Assembly: GCF_000315625.1 (NCBI RefSeq)
Contig: NW_005434652.1
Span: 488,384 to 552,383, forward strand
Direction: 5' to 3'
DNA length: 64,000 nucleotides
Origin: Guillardia theta CCMP2712
Taxonomy: Eukaryota > Protista > Cryptophyta
Positions 24,650-38,308 of this stretch are shown here, in pieces. Numbering within the stretch: the stretch's first letter is position 1; each line of letters opens with the position of its first letter. Under the pieces are notes generated by a model, which made no database searches, was not told where the DNA came from, and worked only from the letters and a program-made list of their open reading frames with translations. Made by a program: the position numbers and the translations under genes.

Positions 24650-26223
24650 TTACATCGTCTCGTTCCTTGTGGTCTTCGTGACACAAGTTCTGAGCAAAAT
24701 CCTAAACCTTTACACGAATATACAACAGGTGTTGGCATTCTTGGATGGAAATAACAACGCAGGCAAATCGATCACAAAAGCACGCAAAACTTGCAAATCC
24801 ATATGATAGCAGTTGGTGGCAGAAGCGTAGTCAGCAACGGGCAAGCAGCAAAAGCGTCTGCACTCCCATGAGAGCCTCCTTGTCTAAGGGAGGCACACCC
24901 ACTTGCTCGCCCTGGAACAAGAGTCAAACATTGCAAACCAAGACGAGATTCACGAGAGCGAAATTGAAGAGTGTATGCAAGGATGGGAGCATGTACCTTG
25001 GTATCTGACGACACAATGTTTTTCAGGGCCAAAGCGATTGGAGGGAGTCTGATATTCTTATCCATTTTGGCAACCTGGACGTCTTCTCGTGGACCATGCC
25101 TATTCAGAACTGGATGATTGGCATCGTCCTGCAACTTTGGAGAATTTGGAACAGAATTCGGTCCAGCATTCGGGTTCTAGAGAGAGGTGGCACTTGCGTT
25201 AAAAGCCTTCCGGCACAAGAACACATGCAAACCTTGTTCAGAATGTCCATCAGAGATTGAAGCAATGAGTCGGTTTGGTCATTCATCGCTTCGTGACTTT
25301 CAGCATGACCCTGCAACCAGTGGGTCAGAAGCGGACTACATTGTTCACCAAAAAGAAGTTTACCTCATGTCGCTGTCGCTTGAAAGCTTTGAATTCTATT
25401 TCTATTTCATGGAATTCTTCAGCATTTCTCATGCTGAAAGTCTTGCAGGCCCTATCTAAAACTGTGGCCATCTTCCCAATCCTACATTCAAGATTCTGCA
25501 TGATAGCATCTCAGTCAGAACTTGTCTCTCCATGTTCGCCAATCCACCTCTTGTCGAACTTTGCTTTCAACCATTTGCGAATAAATCCTCTTATTTTCTT
25601 CTTCTTTTTCCATGAATACTGCTTCCAATTTCTTATGCTTCGATCTTTGGAAAATGTGAGACACAAAAACTTTCGATTGTAGCAGCAATCAAACCTGAGA
25701 TCATGGATGTCGTTGAAAAGTTTATCAACAGCGGTTCTATCGAAGTCATTTTTCGAGCGTCCAAGTACTTCCTTCTCAGAAGCATTGTTTGTGGCAATCT
25801 TTCTTCGAATATCTTTGAAAAGGTGCTCGTTTCCTTGCCTGCGCAAGCGATGCAGTGCTAAAGTCAGATCACGTGTGGAGTTCAGCATTGCTTGTACTTG
25901 AACATGGGATGAGCAAACTCGCAGACATCAGGCTCCTGAGATGTCTTGTGAAATCCATACAGGTTCAATTGTCGCACAAAGGATGCAAAGTTGCTGTGTT
26001 TGAAGTACCTGTTCAACAATCAGACATTCCAGAAATTTTGCTAACACTGCACAACGCACACGAAATACCTTGGCAAAATCTGGGTAGCAAAGCTCGAAGG
26101 ATCAACAATAAGCAGCGCCTCGCCATTGGGGGACCAAGTCACGAAGGGTGCTGCCGATTGATCTTGAAGCATCAATGCTAGTTTGCCGATGAAGGAGGGG
26201 ACATTCTGTCTGTTTTCCTCCAT
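24650..26223 (-). CDS. HSF: Heat-shock transcription factor (HSF DNA-binding domain + coiled coil)
   Basis: [12 protein letters not shown]...[27 protein letters not shown]|[19 protein letters not shown]...EFAHPMF...[12 protein letters not shown] is a canonical HSF DBD, followed by a heptad region. The 3' end is approximate. Confidence 0.9.
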
Positions 26224-26252
26224 ACTATGTACGGAATGGAGACTGGTCGAAG

Positions 26253-26309
26253 AGAAATACTGTGTCGGTAAGATATTGTATAGAAATACTGTGTCGGTAA
26301 GATATTGTA
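26253..26309. repeat. Direct tandem duplication (28-bp identical unit, 29-bp period) just upstream of the HSF start
   Basis: AGAAATACTGTGTCGGTAAGATATTGTA occurs at 26253-26280 and 26282-26309. Confidence 0.9.
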
Positions 26310-28554
26310 CCAATCAGAGTCTATTCACAGAGCAAAACACTTCCTTCACGGCTTCAAGGCTTCCCGGTCATATCTCATGTTGTATGTTGCTGATGAGCAA
26401 AAAGATTTGATGAGGCAGGTAATTGTGTTGCACGTATACACCTGTTGGATATGCAGTGCTGTGTGTTATATTCTTTTTCCAGGATACGAAGGTGTCTGTC
26501 TGAATATAGGGCAAGATAAGGCACGTTTGACAAGCTAAACTGATCACGAGCGAAGGCTAGGAGGGCAATTGCAGAAAGCGGCTTCTCCTCGGAGCGTTGT
26601 AGAGATACTGGGAGATGTTTGCAAGTATGCTAGAAAAACAAGGAACAAAAAGCAAGATGGCTGAGCACGAGGGCGGGAGGAAGGGCGGGAGGAAGGGCGG
26701 ATCCTGGCAATGGCGGCTGTCAGAGACTCGAGGTGGTGGGGAAAACGGTTGAAGGAGACAGAAAACTGTTGCACGTCGAGGAGGGAACGAAGGAAAGCGA
26801 GAAGGACGGGGTTGGTGCAAAGGAACAAGACAGCAAGGTTGAAGGGCAGGGTAAGGACTTGGGAGGACGGGGGAGGTTGGGGGAGGCAACGGGGCGGGCG
26901 AGGAGGAAACGATTCTGGTACTGTCACTTTGTTCGAAAAGAGATAGTTTCAATTCAATTTTATCTTGAAAAGATCTTTTTTCATTTCGAAGCTCAATTAT
27001 CTTCCTAGGACCCTGCTATGAAGCCTAATACTACTTCCTATCACCGCCCCGATAGGTCACAGTACCCCCAGCCAGGGCTGCAATCAGAAATCCCTGCATT
27101 CCTCCCATGATGGACATGTGCCATGGTGGTTGAAGATCTACCACCCTGAACCCATGTGTTGACTAAAAAACATATTACAAATCTTATATATCAAACATCT
27201 CAATGATAGTAAATGATGTTATCATGTCATGGAATACTTGTTCTTCGGCACCCCTTCCAGATAAAAAGTATTTCAAGGGACAACCTGCACCCCAATTACC
27301 GAAAATTCTTCACCCCCATCATTTCCCACTACCCCACCCGGGCACAACTAGAACACTACCCTACCCCTGCGGAGTAATGCCATTCACCCCTATTTCTAGA
27401 GATATCATGATTCCACCCTACCCTCCGTCTTGCCAGTATCACAATGAATTACCCTAGGTGGTCATCACCACCCCTACCCCTACAAAATAGCCGAATCTTG
27501 TTCTCTACCCCATGAAACTGTAGTAAACAGTACGGTGGTCTCCTGAATCCCTGCAGCTGTTTGTCTTTCCACCTCTACCCCCTAAAATCAAACTTTATCA
27601 CCCCCTACCCCAACTTCAAGGTGTAACCCATCATAAAACTTTTATAAAAAAAGAAGGATCCGAAATCAGGGGACTGTTCCACTCGCCTATCACCGCTCAC
27701 CCAACCCCCACCCACCCCATCTTCCATTTCGCCTTGCGACTTGAATATCACCGGTCATTCAAATAACAAATTTGGGGGGGGGCCGGGTGGGGAGGGTAAG
27801 TCAGCCGGTGGCGGGAGATTATGGGAGATTGTGTGGTAAAAACAAGAAAGTTCTAATTGGAGGTGATGCGGAGGCTTCCTTCCTGGAGAAGCCTGAGGGA
27901 AGGGGTGAAAGGTCGGCGAGAGTATAAGTGAGGTCTCAGATAAAGAAGAGGAGGTCTGGACCTTTGCTGACTCAGAACAGCCTCGTCCTCAAGTCATGCC
28001 ATGGCACGGCCCGACGCACGGTCGGTTGATCGAACAGCCGCCGGTCTAAAAGTTGGTCCGGGCCGCCGCACGGCGCCGCCGGCCTAGCCCGGCCGGCCCG
28101 GGGCCGCCCGGGCGACCAGTCACTATGGGAACAGACCGAAAAACCGGACTCGGACATCGCGAGATGTGGCCTCCCAGAGCATGGCAGCGAGGAGGTGGGG
28201 AGGACGTACAGCTGGAAGGGGAGGCGAGAGGAGAGGAGAATGGAAGGGGAGGCGAGATGAGAGGAGAACAAGGAGTACGGTCGAAAGATAAAGGGTGCAT
28301 TGTAGCGCGCATCAGATATCAAAGAAGGGAAGGGTGAGAGGATTCTCGAAGAAGGGCAAGAATGGCGAAGATGTTTGGAAAGTTTAGATAACTTTACGAG
28401 GAGGCATCCGAGGTTTTAGAAGAGGAATTCTCGACCATTGAAAGACGTCATAAGTGATGAAAATAATGTATGAGATTCTCGATATGTATGAGATTCTCGA
28501 TATGAGTACGAGGCCCACAGCTAGGGAAACTGATGGTTTCATTCCAGGCTTCAG

Positions 28555-30045
28555 ATGTCAAGATTTGGCGGAAATCATGGAATTCTCCTTGTCATCGTCC
28601 TTGGTCTGTACGTTTCCAGCGCTGTCACTCAAGATACAAAGGTTTGTTTTGATTAACTTGGCCGTGTTCACACTTGTTGATTCGCTTCCCTGTGCAGATG
28701 AAATTGCGAGATGCGTTTGACCAACTTGAAGACACAATGAGAGAAGCGAGCAATGAGACGGAAGAGATTGCGACGGAGTTCGAAGAATTGCAAAAGCAGC
28801 TGGACCAGAGCCCAAAAACAGGCACGCCCGATACAACAATCCAGTTTGACTCAGACACGGCGCAAGCTGCAGCTGATCTGCTGAACATGGATGTGCAAGA
28901 CCTGATGGGCGATGGACAGGAGCTCTTCGAGAGGTTGAAAGAGATTAATGCAAAGCTGGAGAGTGCAGGAGTCAAAGCATTCGGTGATCTTGATGAGGAG
29001 GGATCGGAGAAGACTTGGAAGGCCGAAGATGGAAGCTGGTCAATCGATCAGTTGAAAGCCGATCTTCAGGCGTGCTCCGATGAATTGAGTGCAAGATTGG
29101 AAACAAGTCAGAAGGATGCGACAAAGGACGAGGAGCCCAAGGTTCAGTTGAGAGAAAATAAAGGTGAACCCTCATGAATGCCTGGATTGTCGTCTCATGC
29201 AGGAATCTGCAGGAACGGAAGCTGTTGAGACGAACAAAGCAGGGGAGGGTGAAACGAATGATGTGTGCGAGCCATGCAAGAAAATAGACGAGGCTCTTGA
29301 AGACCTGGAAAAGGAAGGGGAGGAACTTTTCCGGTATTTACCTAGGGATTGATGAGTACCCTGCCCTTTTAACTTGAAGACAGCAAGCTAAAGGAGTTGA
29401 ATCCGTACGTGGAACGAAAAGTGTACATGAGGGGAGGGAAGTGGAGAATAGATATCTTGAAATACGACATCGAAGCATGTTCACAAGGAGGTATGCGATC
29501 CGCAGGTTTGCTGTAGTTGAACTGAATGTGATGTAAGAAAACGAATGCGACGGCGATGTGTGCAGCCTGAAACAAGATTCAGACGATCAAGAGCACAGCG
29601 ATAGGGAGGTGACAGGTGACGATTTGTTCGAGGAGTTGCTGCAGCTGAATGCTGAGCTGGAAGAGAAAGGGGTGAGACTGACCCAACTCCCTCGGATACC
29701 CGTGCTGAGGTTCAAACAGGTCAAAGCTTTCGGAGAGATCGAGAAGGGGAGCTATTTTGCCAATGGGAACTGGAATCTTGAAATCCTTAGAGAAGACCTT
29801 GAAATGTGCAGGTGACCTTGTGCTTGTAGATTTCCTACCTTCTCCACCGTACTTACCGTGACCTCCACAGGGAGGAACTGAGATTGCAAGAAGACGAGGC
29901 CGACAAGACCAGCAACACTCACGCTCTCAAGCAGGAGTCCAGTGACCGCGTGAAGAAGTTCGCCAAGATCCTGGAGGATTCTGCCGCATCAAAGCAAGAA
30001 GAATCTCAACAAGAGAAGCCTATGAAAGTGAAGTTAAGGGAATGA
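28555..30045 (+). CDS. Secreted/ER acidic protein with three copies of an unrecognised ~45-aa repeat
   Basis: MSRFGGNHGILLVIVLGLYVSSA signal peptide splices in frame to MKLRDAFDQLE. Three repeats of the form G-x-[ED]-LF-xx-L-xx-[LI]N...G-x-W-x-[IL][DE]-x-L-xx-D-[LI]-xx-C. Stop at 30043-30045. Confidence 0.75.
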
Positions 30046-30547
30046 ACTCCAGACTTTCAGACCAACAGTGTTGCCGCCGGAACATGGCGACAGGACAGTG
30101 CCAGCTGATCCGAGCCTGCCAAGTTGCCGGAGTGGCCTCGGCAATCATTATCGTCGTGGCGCCTGCCGTGCCGCACGGCACCCGGCAGGCAGCAGCATAT
30201 TGATGATAGTTTCCCGTAAGGGTCTGAGAGTCTGAGTCTGCCTGTCACGCCGGGGACTCTCTCAACCGCAACTCAGTTCTATGCTGATCGTATCCGATCA
30301 TCGGCGGTTTTGAGTTCCCCGATTAATTTCAGGGCCGATCGGCCGGTTCGAAGCTGCCTGGCTACCACCGTTGATTTACTTCCGATTACGCTGCCCATGC
30401 ATCGGAATGGCTTCAGCCTCGCAGCGATTGGCTCACAGTCAGGGCCTAAATCGGACGGTACAGGACGGGCCACCGCTGTAAGAAGCCCTCCAAGTGTACG
30501 AGAAGACTTTGAACTTCAATCGGACATCGGCGGCAAGGTCACTGGTC

Positions 30548-30759
30548 TCTTTACTCAAAGGCACCGGTAGTACGTGACGGTGTACCGGCGTACGGTTGTT
30601 GCCAGTATCACATTGGGCTGCGGTACTATATGTGGGGGGAAGAGGGTCCGCAGTGATGTACGGTGCTTCGAGACGGAAAATGGAGGGGTAGGGGTGGGTG
30701 TAAAAAGATGAACTATGGATTGTCCTCCTACTGATTTTTAACTTAACTTTGAGTAAAGA
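30548..30759. mobile_element. Candidate MITE-like element (13-bp perfect terminal inverted repeats)
   Basis: TCTTTACTCAAAG (30548-30560) and CTTTGAGTAAAGA (30747-30759). TGGT lies at 30543-30546 and 30760-30763 and is a possible TSD offset by 1 nt. No coding capacity. Confidence 0.4.
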
Positions 30760-31647
30760 TGGTAGCATTATCAGGTAGGGTGGGTACAAGGGGCTCTACC
30801 AAGAACCATGAAGTGATAGTAAAATATGAGTTACTTTATCTAGTAAAATAAGAGGGTACAAAAAAGTTGAAGTCAAGGGGTCCATAGTACCACCGTGCTC
30901 TATACAATGTCTTGGCGTAGTATTTTTGCCCCTTGGTTGCAAAGTAATCCATTTGCAGTATTCCTCTATTAATCTTAAATGCCATTCATTCCTTCTCTCC
31001 TCTATTCGTACGCCAACTTGAAATGACGCGGGGAAGCAAATCCCGGCTGCCGGCCGCTCGGCCTCCAGTACGGAGATGTAAAGGGGGTCACTAGTACCCC
31101 TAGTTTTATGCCTCTAAAACCACTCATTATCCCCCACGGGTGATACCTCCACCCCCAATTTTAGCGCTTTACAGTTGTTTCCGGGGCAGGTCATTCTGCT
31201 TCTGAGGTAGGGGCCAAATTATCACTGATGCATCGACCAGAGTCACGACTGATATCGAAAATCCCCAAATTTTCCGTGGATTTTTCAGAAATTCTAGTCA
31301 AGTTTGGGGAGCCGCATCCCAACGTGCATGTAAGAAATATCCCATGCGGCAAATCAAAGGATTTACCTAGGATACCATCCTATACCATCCTTAGAACCTC
31401 TCCGTAGGGTATAGGGCAGCGGGATCGCATAAAGATTACCCCTACTTTTTACTGTAAATACCCCACCCCCTCTAGCTTTATATCCCCCCTCCTCTTTCCC
31501 GCCCTCAACAAACCCGCGGCTTCCCTGCCGCGAGGAGAGCATCAGTCCTTCTAGACCCTCTCCTCGCTCTCCCTCCCCTTCCCAGCCTCTCTCTCCTTGC
31601 TCAAGCAGGGAGTCTCCCCTGGTCTGTGGGTTTTCTTCCCTGGCTCC

Positions 31648-34600
31648 ATGCTCTCTGCAACTCGAGTGCAGCTGGCTGCGGCCTTGGTGGCCGTGGCTGC
31701 AGCGTCAGTTTCGGCAGCCACAGGTCACCAGCTTCGGGATCCGGCCTTTGCCTTCCTCCCGCAATATGGACAACCTTCGCTCAGAGCATCTTCAATGACC
31801 TGTAAGGGCAAAATCTGCAAGAGTGGCGCTTCTGCGGTGAAGAGAATGAGGCCCCCCCTTCGTTCTCGGTTTGGTCCACTCTCAGGTGTGGTGTTAGATG
31901 GTTTGTCCGTGCAAAAACTGACCCGTTTGTTTCGTGTAGGACTGCACATGGTTGCAGTCGATACAACCCAAGAGGGAGCTCTTGCTGGAACGGACAAAAT
32001 TGCTGAATACGTCAAGGCAAAAGGCGGCAATTACCCAATCAGGAAGATCCTAATCGCAAACAATGGCATGGCAGCAACTAAGTGCATTCTTTCCATTCGT
32101 CAGTGGGCTTACATGGAACTTGGCGATGAGAAGGCTATCAAGTTTGTTGCCATGGCAACACCGGAGGATCTCAATGCCAACGCAGAATTTATCAGGCTGG
32201 CTGACTCCTTCGTAGAAGTCCCGGGTGGGAGCAACAAGAACAATTATGCGAACGTTGACGTCATCGTCGACATCGCTGTCAGTCAGGGAGTTGATGCAGT
32301 CTGGCCTGGCTGGGGACATGCTTCTGAAAATCCTCGCTTGCCAAACACACTTGCCCAGAAGGGAATCAAGTTCATCGGACCGAAGGGTCCTGTTATGTAC
32401 GCACTCGGTGACAAGATTGCAGCAAACATCCTTGCTCAGACTGCTGGAGTAAGTCCTGAACCATTTCTTGAAGTGAAGTCCTGACCTTTGAAACCAGGTC
32501 CCCAGTATCCCTTGGTCAGGATCGTTTGGGGGACCCAACGACGGCCCTCTCGTCGGTGAGCTCGATGACAAGGTAGATGCTACGGCTCCCACTTATGGGC
32601 TCAACTCTAACCTCCGTTTCTAGGGCACACTTGATGCGGAGGTCTTTCAGAAGGCCACTGTCAAGACTGTTGATGAAGCCCTGGCTGCAGCCAACAGAAT
32701 CGGATATCCCGTTATGCTCAAGGCGTCAGAGGGTGGCGGTGGAAAGGGTATTCGTATGTCTGCTAACGATGAAGAGCTCCGCTCCAACTTCGTCCAGGTT
32801 CAGAATGAGGTTCCAGGATCTCCAATGTTCATGATGCAACTGTGCAAGAATGCCCGTCACTTGGAAGTCCAGATTGTGGGAGACGAGCATGGAAACGCTG
32901 TTGCTCTGAATGGCCGCGATTGCTCAACCCAAAGGCGCTTCCAGAAAATTTTCGAGGAGGGCCCACCAACCATTGCAAAAGCTAATACCTTTCGTGAAAT
33001 GGAGAAGGCTGCAATGCGCTTGACTCAATCCATTGGTTACAACGGTGCGGGAACGGTCGAGTACTTGTACAACGCCGAATCCGACAAGTTCTTCTTCTTG
33101 GAGTTGAACCCTCGTCTTCAGGTAGAGCATCCTGTCACTGAGGGGATCACTGGAGTCAATCTTCCTGCCACTCAGCTTCAGGTAGCTATGGGAATCCCAT
33201 TGTACCGTATGCCCCAGGTTCGTCGTTTCTTCGGAAAGAAATCTGATGGAACCGAAGCCATCGATTTTCAGAACGAGGAATACACACCCATCACCAAGCA
33301 CGTTATTGCTGCTCGTATCACTGCCGAGAACCCTGATGAAGGCTTCAAGCCAACCTCTGGAAGGATTGATCGAGTCAAGTTCCAATCCAGCGAGAAAGTT
33401 TGGGGATATTTTTCTGTTGGAAACAACGGTGGTATCCATGAATATGCTGATTCTCAGTTTGGTCATCTTTTTGCAAGCGGAGACAACCGTGAAGCAGCTC
33501 GCAAATCTTTGGTCTTGGCGTTGAAAGAGATTGATGTCAGGGGAGAAATTCGCAATCCAGTTGAGTACTTGACCAAGCTTCTTGAAACTGATGACTTTAA
33601 GTCAAACAAGATTGATACTTCCTGGTTGGACGGAATCATCAAGAACAAGTCTGTAACAACTAAGGCTGACACTGCTACCGTTGTGCTGGGAGCTGCAATC
33701 TATCGTGCTCATCAGTACGTCAAGAAGGAGTTCGTTAGTTTTGAGGAGAGTTTGAAGAAAGGGCAAACAAGTGTCAGTGACATTTCCAGCATCAACTCGT
33801 TCTCAACCGAAATTACCTATCAAGGTGTGAAGTATCCTTTCAAGGTCAACCGTGCTAGTCCAGACAGGTTCAGCTTGACGTTGCCCAGCGGAGACACTAC
33901 GAACATCAAATTCCGTGAACAAGCAGACGGCAGCCTTCTTTGCTCTTTTGGTGGAGTTGTGCGCAAGGTTTATGGTCAAGAGGAGCCTCTTGGACTTCGC
34001 ATGGTCATTGATGGCTCTACAATCATGATCCCCAACGTCTTTGATCCATCGGAACTTCGCTCAGACGTGACTGGCAAGGTCGTCCGTTACCTTCACGAAG
34101 ACGGTGCTGCAGTGGAAGCTGGAGTACCCTATGTGGAATGTGAAGCTATGAAGATGATCATGCAACTCAGAACAACCGAAGCAGGCAACATCAAGCACGA
34201 ACTGCAGGCTGGTTCCATCATCTCAGCAGGCGACTTGATTGCATCCCTCGACCTCAAAGACCCCTCCAAGGTTGCTAAGATTGAACTCTTTGAGGGTGAC
34301 TTGAACGTGGAATCTGGCCCTAGCGATCAGTCCCCAATGCACCTTCTTGAACTTATTCTCGCTGGATATCCCGGTGAGGTTGAAACCCAGCTTTCAAAGG
34401 CTCTCCTGGATGTCGATGCTGACACTGCAAATGAACGTGTTGTAAGCCTGTTGCAGAGGTATCTTGCTGTTGAAGACCTCTTCAAAGGAAAACCACTTGA
34501 TCTCGCGGTGCTTGATCTGATCAACTCAAACAAGGATAACACCCGCCCAGTGATTGATGCGGTGCAAGCTCACAGCGCTCTGAAGAGCAGGAATACCCTT

Positions 34601-37600
34601 GTTCTGGCAATCTTGAGAAACATGGCTGGATTTGTTGACCGATTCCCAGGATACAAAGTCAGCGATGGGGTCAACACCGTCTTGGAGCGATTGGCAGCTT
34701 TGACCGGCACTGAATATGGTGAAGTGGCTCTTACAGCCTCAGCCATTCTCAACGAGTTCAAGGTGCCAGACTTCAATGCCAGGATTGAGGAGCTCAAGAC
34801 TTTGATCATGTCTGATTCTCCAGATGTTGTCAGCAAGTCCCGCAAGCTTTCCTTGGCCGTCGATTTCTTGACGCAGCTCTTTGACCATCCTGAGGAGGCT
34901 GTGAGGAAGGCTGCTCTCGAAGTCTATGTTCGTCGTACCTACCGTGCTCATGTCATCCAGGATGTCAAAATTTCTGACAAGAATGGAGTTTCTACGATCA
35001 AATGGAAATTCACCCTTCAGGACCTTCCTGCCAGTGAGGCTCCTATTCGTCATGGCATGCTCATGGTCTTGCAGTCGGCCAAGGACGTTCCTGCTGCGCT
35101 ACCAGCTGCTCTCCAAGAGTTCAAGGACAACGGTGCAACTGCTAGCCCCTCGGAGGCGCTGAACACTTTTCACATTGCCTTCAAGGCCAATGAAGTCATC
35201 ACCAACGATGATCAATTCATCGCTGAGGCTGAGCGTGTGCTAAGAGAGAACAAGTCCACTTTCCGTGCACTGGGTGTTCGCCATGTGAACTACATTGTGC
35301 CTCAGATCCCCAAGGCTCCAAGATACTTCACTTTCTTGGAGTGCCATGACTTCTCCGAGGAGCCTTTGAGAAGAGACATGCGTGCTTCATTCCCTTACAT
35401 CCTTGAGTTGACTCGCTTGCAAGGAAACTATGACCTCACTCGCATCCCTGCTCTTGGCAGGAATGCTCAGCTTTGGATTGGAACTGAGAAACCCGATGAC
35501 AACGTCGTCGTGACTCGTCCTCGTCCTCAGACCATCTTTCTCCGCGCCTTGTCTCACAGTGTAGACACAGACACCAACTCTGGAGCTGAGAGATTGATGC
35601 TGGCTGCCATGGACGAGTTGGACCGTGCCCTCCTTCACCCGCTCGTCACCGGTCAACAGAGAATGAAGACTCCCTACCCTGTGCAGTATGGAGCAGCTTC
35701 AACTCGCATCTTCCTCCACGTCTTGAACGAATACGAGGCTGACACCCAATCCGTTATCAAGGGCTTCAAGAGCATCTTGGACAATCTGCTGGCCAAGCAC
35801 TCGACCCGTCTCCTTCAGTTGAGAGTTGATGAGATCGAAGTGAAGGCAAGGATCAGCTACGTCGTCGATGGACGCAAGCACATCCAACCGATCAGACTTG
35901 TTGCTTCGTCTACTTCGGGTGACTGGCTCAAGACGGACGCATACCTTGAGTATCCTGATCCCGTTACTGGAGTTACGAAGCAGTTCCGCTCTCTGGAGGA
36001 AGCCCAAGCTGGAGTTATGCAGATCTCTCCCTACCCAACTTCTAATACCGTCCAGATGAAGCGTGCTACTGCTAGAAGAGTCGGTTCTACCTACGCGTTC
36101 GACTTCTTGGGTCTCTTTGAAGTCGGACTTATCCAACAATGGGGCAAGAGGCCCGATCTTCAGATGCCTCCGTCCGGCAGCTTGTTCGAGGCCAAAGAGC
36201 TTGTTCTTGGAGCTGATGGTGAGCTCCAGCAACAGGTTCGTCCTGTTGGATCCAACAAGATTGGAATGCTCGCATGGGTTTGCAAGATGAAGACGCCCGA
36301 ATATCCCAACGGCAGAGAGGTGGTGCTCATTGCTAACGACGTCACTGTTCAGAGTGGATCATTTGGAGTGGAAGAAGATCAGTTCTACTTTAAAGCATCC
36401 GAGTACGCGCGCAAGCGAGGTCTTCCAAGGCTCTACATCGCTTGCAACTCAGGAGCTAGGATCGGATTGGTAGAGGAGCTCAAGCCCAAGTTCAAGGTTG
36501 CATGGAATGATGACAAGGACACAACCAAGGGCTTCAAGTACCTCTATCTCACCGAAGATGACTACAAGGCCCTGCCCGAGGGAACTGTCCAGGCTACCAA
36601 GACTTCCGGACCTTCTGGCGAGGTGAGGTATGCCCTTGATACCATCGTGGGCACCAACCACGGCATTGGTGTCGAGAACTTGAGAGGATCTGGCATGATT
36701 GCTGGAGAAACCAGCCGAGCCTACGACGAGACTTTCACCCTCAGCTATGTCACTGGCAGGTCTGTTGGAATCGGCGCATACATCGTTCGCCTTGGACAGC
36801 GTATCATTCAAATGGTTGATGGTCCAATGATCTTGACCGGCTACAGTGCGTTGAACAAGCTCCTCGGAAAGGATGTGTACACCTCCCAGGATCAGCTTGG
36901 TGGACCACAGGTCATGTTTCCCAACGGAGTGACGCATCAGGTTGTCGGAAACGATCAGGAAGGTGTCAAGGCTATGCTGGATTGGTTGTCCTTCGTGCCA
37001 GAGACCAAGTTCTCTGTTCCTCCTATCCTCCCCGTGTCTGATCCAGTTGAGCGAGAGATCGAATTCGTTCCTACCAAGACTCCTTACGATCCCCGACACA
37101 TGCTTGCCGGCTACAACAAGGCTGATGGAAGCTGGGTGAGCGGATTCTTCGACAAGGACACCTTCAAGGAGTACTTGGCAGGGTGGGGCAAGTCAGTGGT
37201 GACTGGCCGTGCTCGTCTTGGAGGCATCCCAATGGGAGTGATCGCTGTTGAGACAAGATTGGTCGATCGTCGCATCCCCGCAGATCCTGCTAACCCTGAG
37301 TCCAGAGAATCCATTGAGCCGCAAGCCGGCCAAGTGTGGTTCCCAGACTCGGCCTACAAGACAGCTCAGGCCATCGAAGACTTCAACAGGGGAGAGAACC
37401 TTCCTCTTATCATCTTCGCCAACTGGAGAGGATTCTCCGGTGGTACCAGGGACATGTATAACGAGATCTTGAAGTTCGGATCCATGATCGTCGACGGCCT
37501 TCGCACCTACAAGCACCCTGTCTTCGTCTACCTCCCTCCCAACGGTGAACTTCGTGGAGGCGCCTGGGTTGTGGTGGATCCTACCATCAATGAGGAGATG

Positions 37601-38212
37601 ATGGAGATGTATGCTGACGTACAGTCTCGCGGCGGTATCCTCGAGCCTCCTGGCATCTGCGAGGTCAAGTACAGGGCCCCCGACCAGATCAAGACTATGC
37701 ACAGGTTGGACCCTGAGCTGCAGGAGCTCGACGCTAAGCTGGACAAGGCCACGGCCGAGGAGGCAGCACAGATTAAGGAACAGATCAAGAAGCGCGAGAA
37801 CACGTTGATGCCGCTCTACTTGCAGATCGCTCACGAGTTTGCGGATCTTCACGATCGTGCCGGACGCATGAAGGCCAAGGGCGTGATCCGTGATGCTCTC
37901 TCATGGAAGAAGTCGCGAGAGTACTTCTACTGGCGCGTGCAGCGAAGGCTGGCAGAGATGAAGTTGCGCAAGGCGATGATGCACGCGAACCCACACATGA
38001 CCTTCTCCGAGGTGACTGCCAAGATGCAGAGCATGGTGACCTGCGACTGGGACGACGACCGTGCCGTCCTCCAGTGGTTCACAGCCGAGCAGGACTCGAT
38101 CAACAAGACGGTTGCTCATATGCGGGCTGATGGAATCGCTTCTGCTGTCGAGGAGATGCTGGCGAAACTTTCTCCGGATGATCGCGCTAACATCGTGAGC
38201 AAGCTGAGATAA
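31648..38212 (+). CDS. ACC: Homomeric (multifunctional) acetyl-CoA carboxylase, plastid-targeted
   Basis: Biotin carboxylase motifs ([52 protein letters not shown]), biotinylation motif EAMKM (34142-34156) and carboxyltransferase motifs ([36 protein letters not shown]). The N-terminal signal peptide ends in AFA-F and is followed by a transit-like S/R/K-rich peptide. Confidence 0.97.
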
Positions 38213-38308
38213 ATGCAGAGAGATGGTTGAGATTCGATTTAATAAAACGAGTGGAAAGAAACACCTCGGCTGACATTAAACGCATTATGACCGGCTCATG
38301 GACTCGGT

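Noticed and set aside
26253-26309. 28-bp direct repeat considered as a CRISPR-like repeat
   Set aside because: Only two adjacent copies, no spacer, eukaryotic context. A simple tandem duplication.
32924-38119. Many antisense ORFs within ACCase (also within the STAND, HEPN-kinase and GH13 genes)
   Set aside because: Expected shadow ORFs caused by codon bias on the coding strand.
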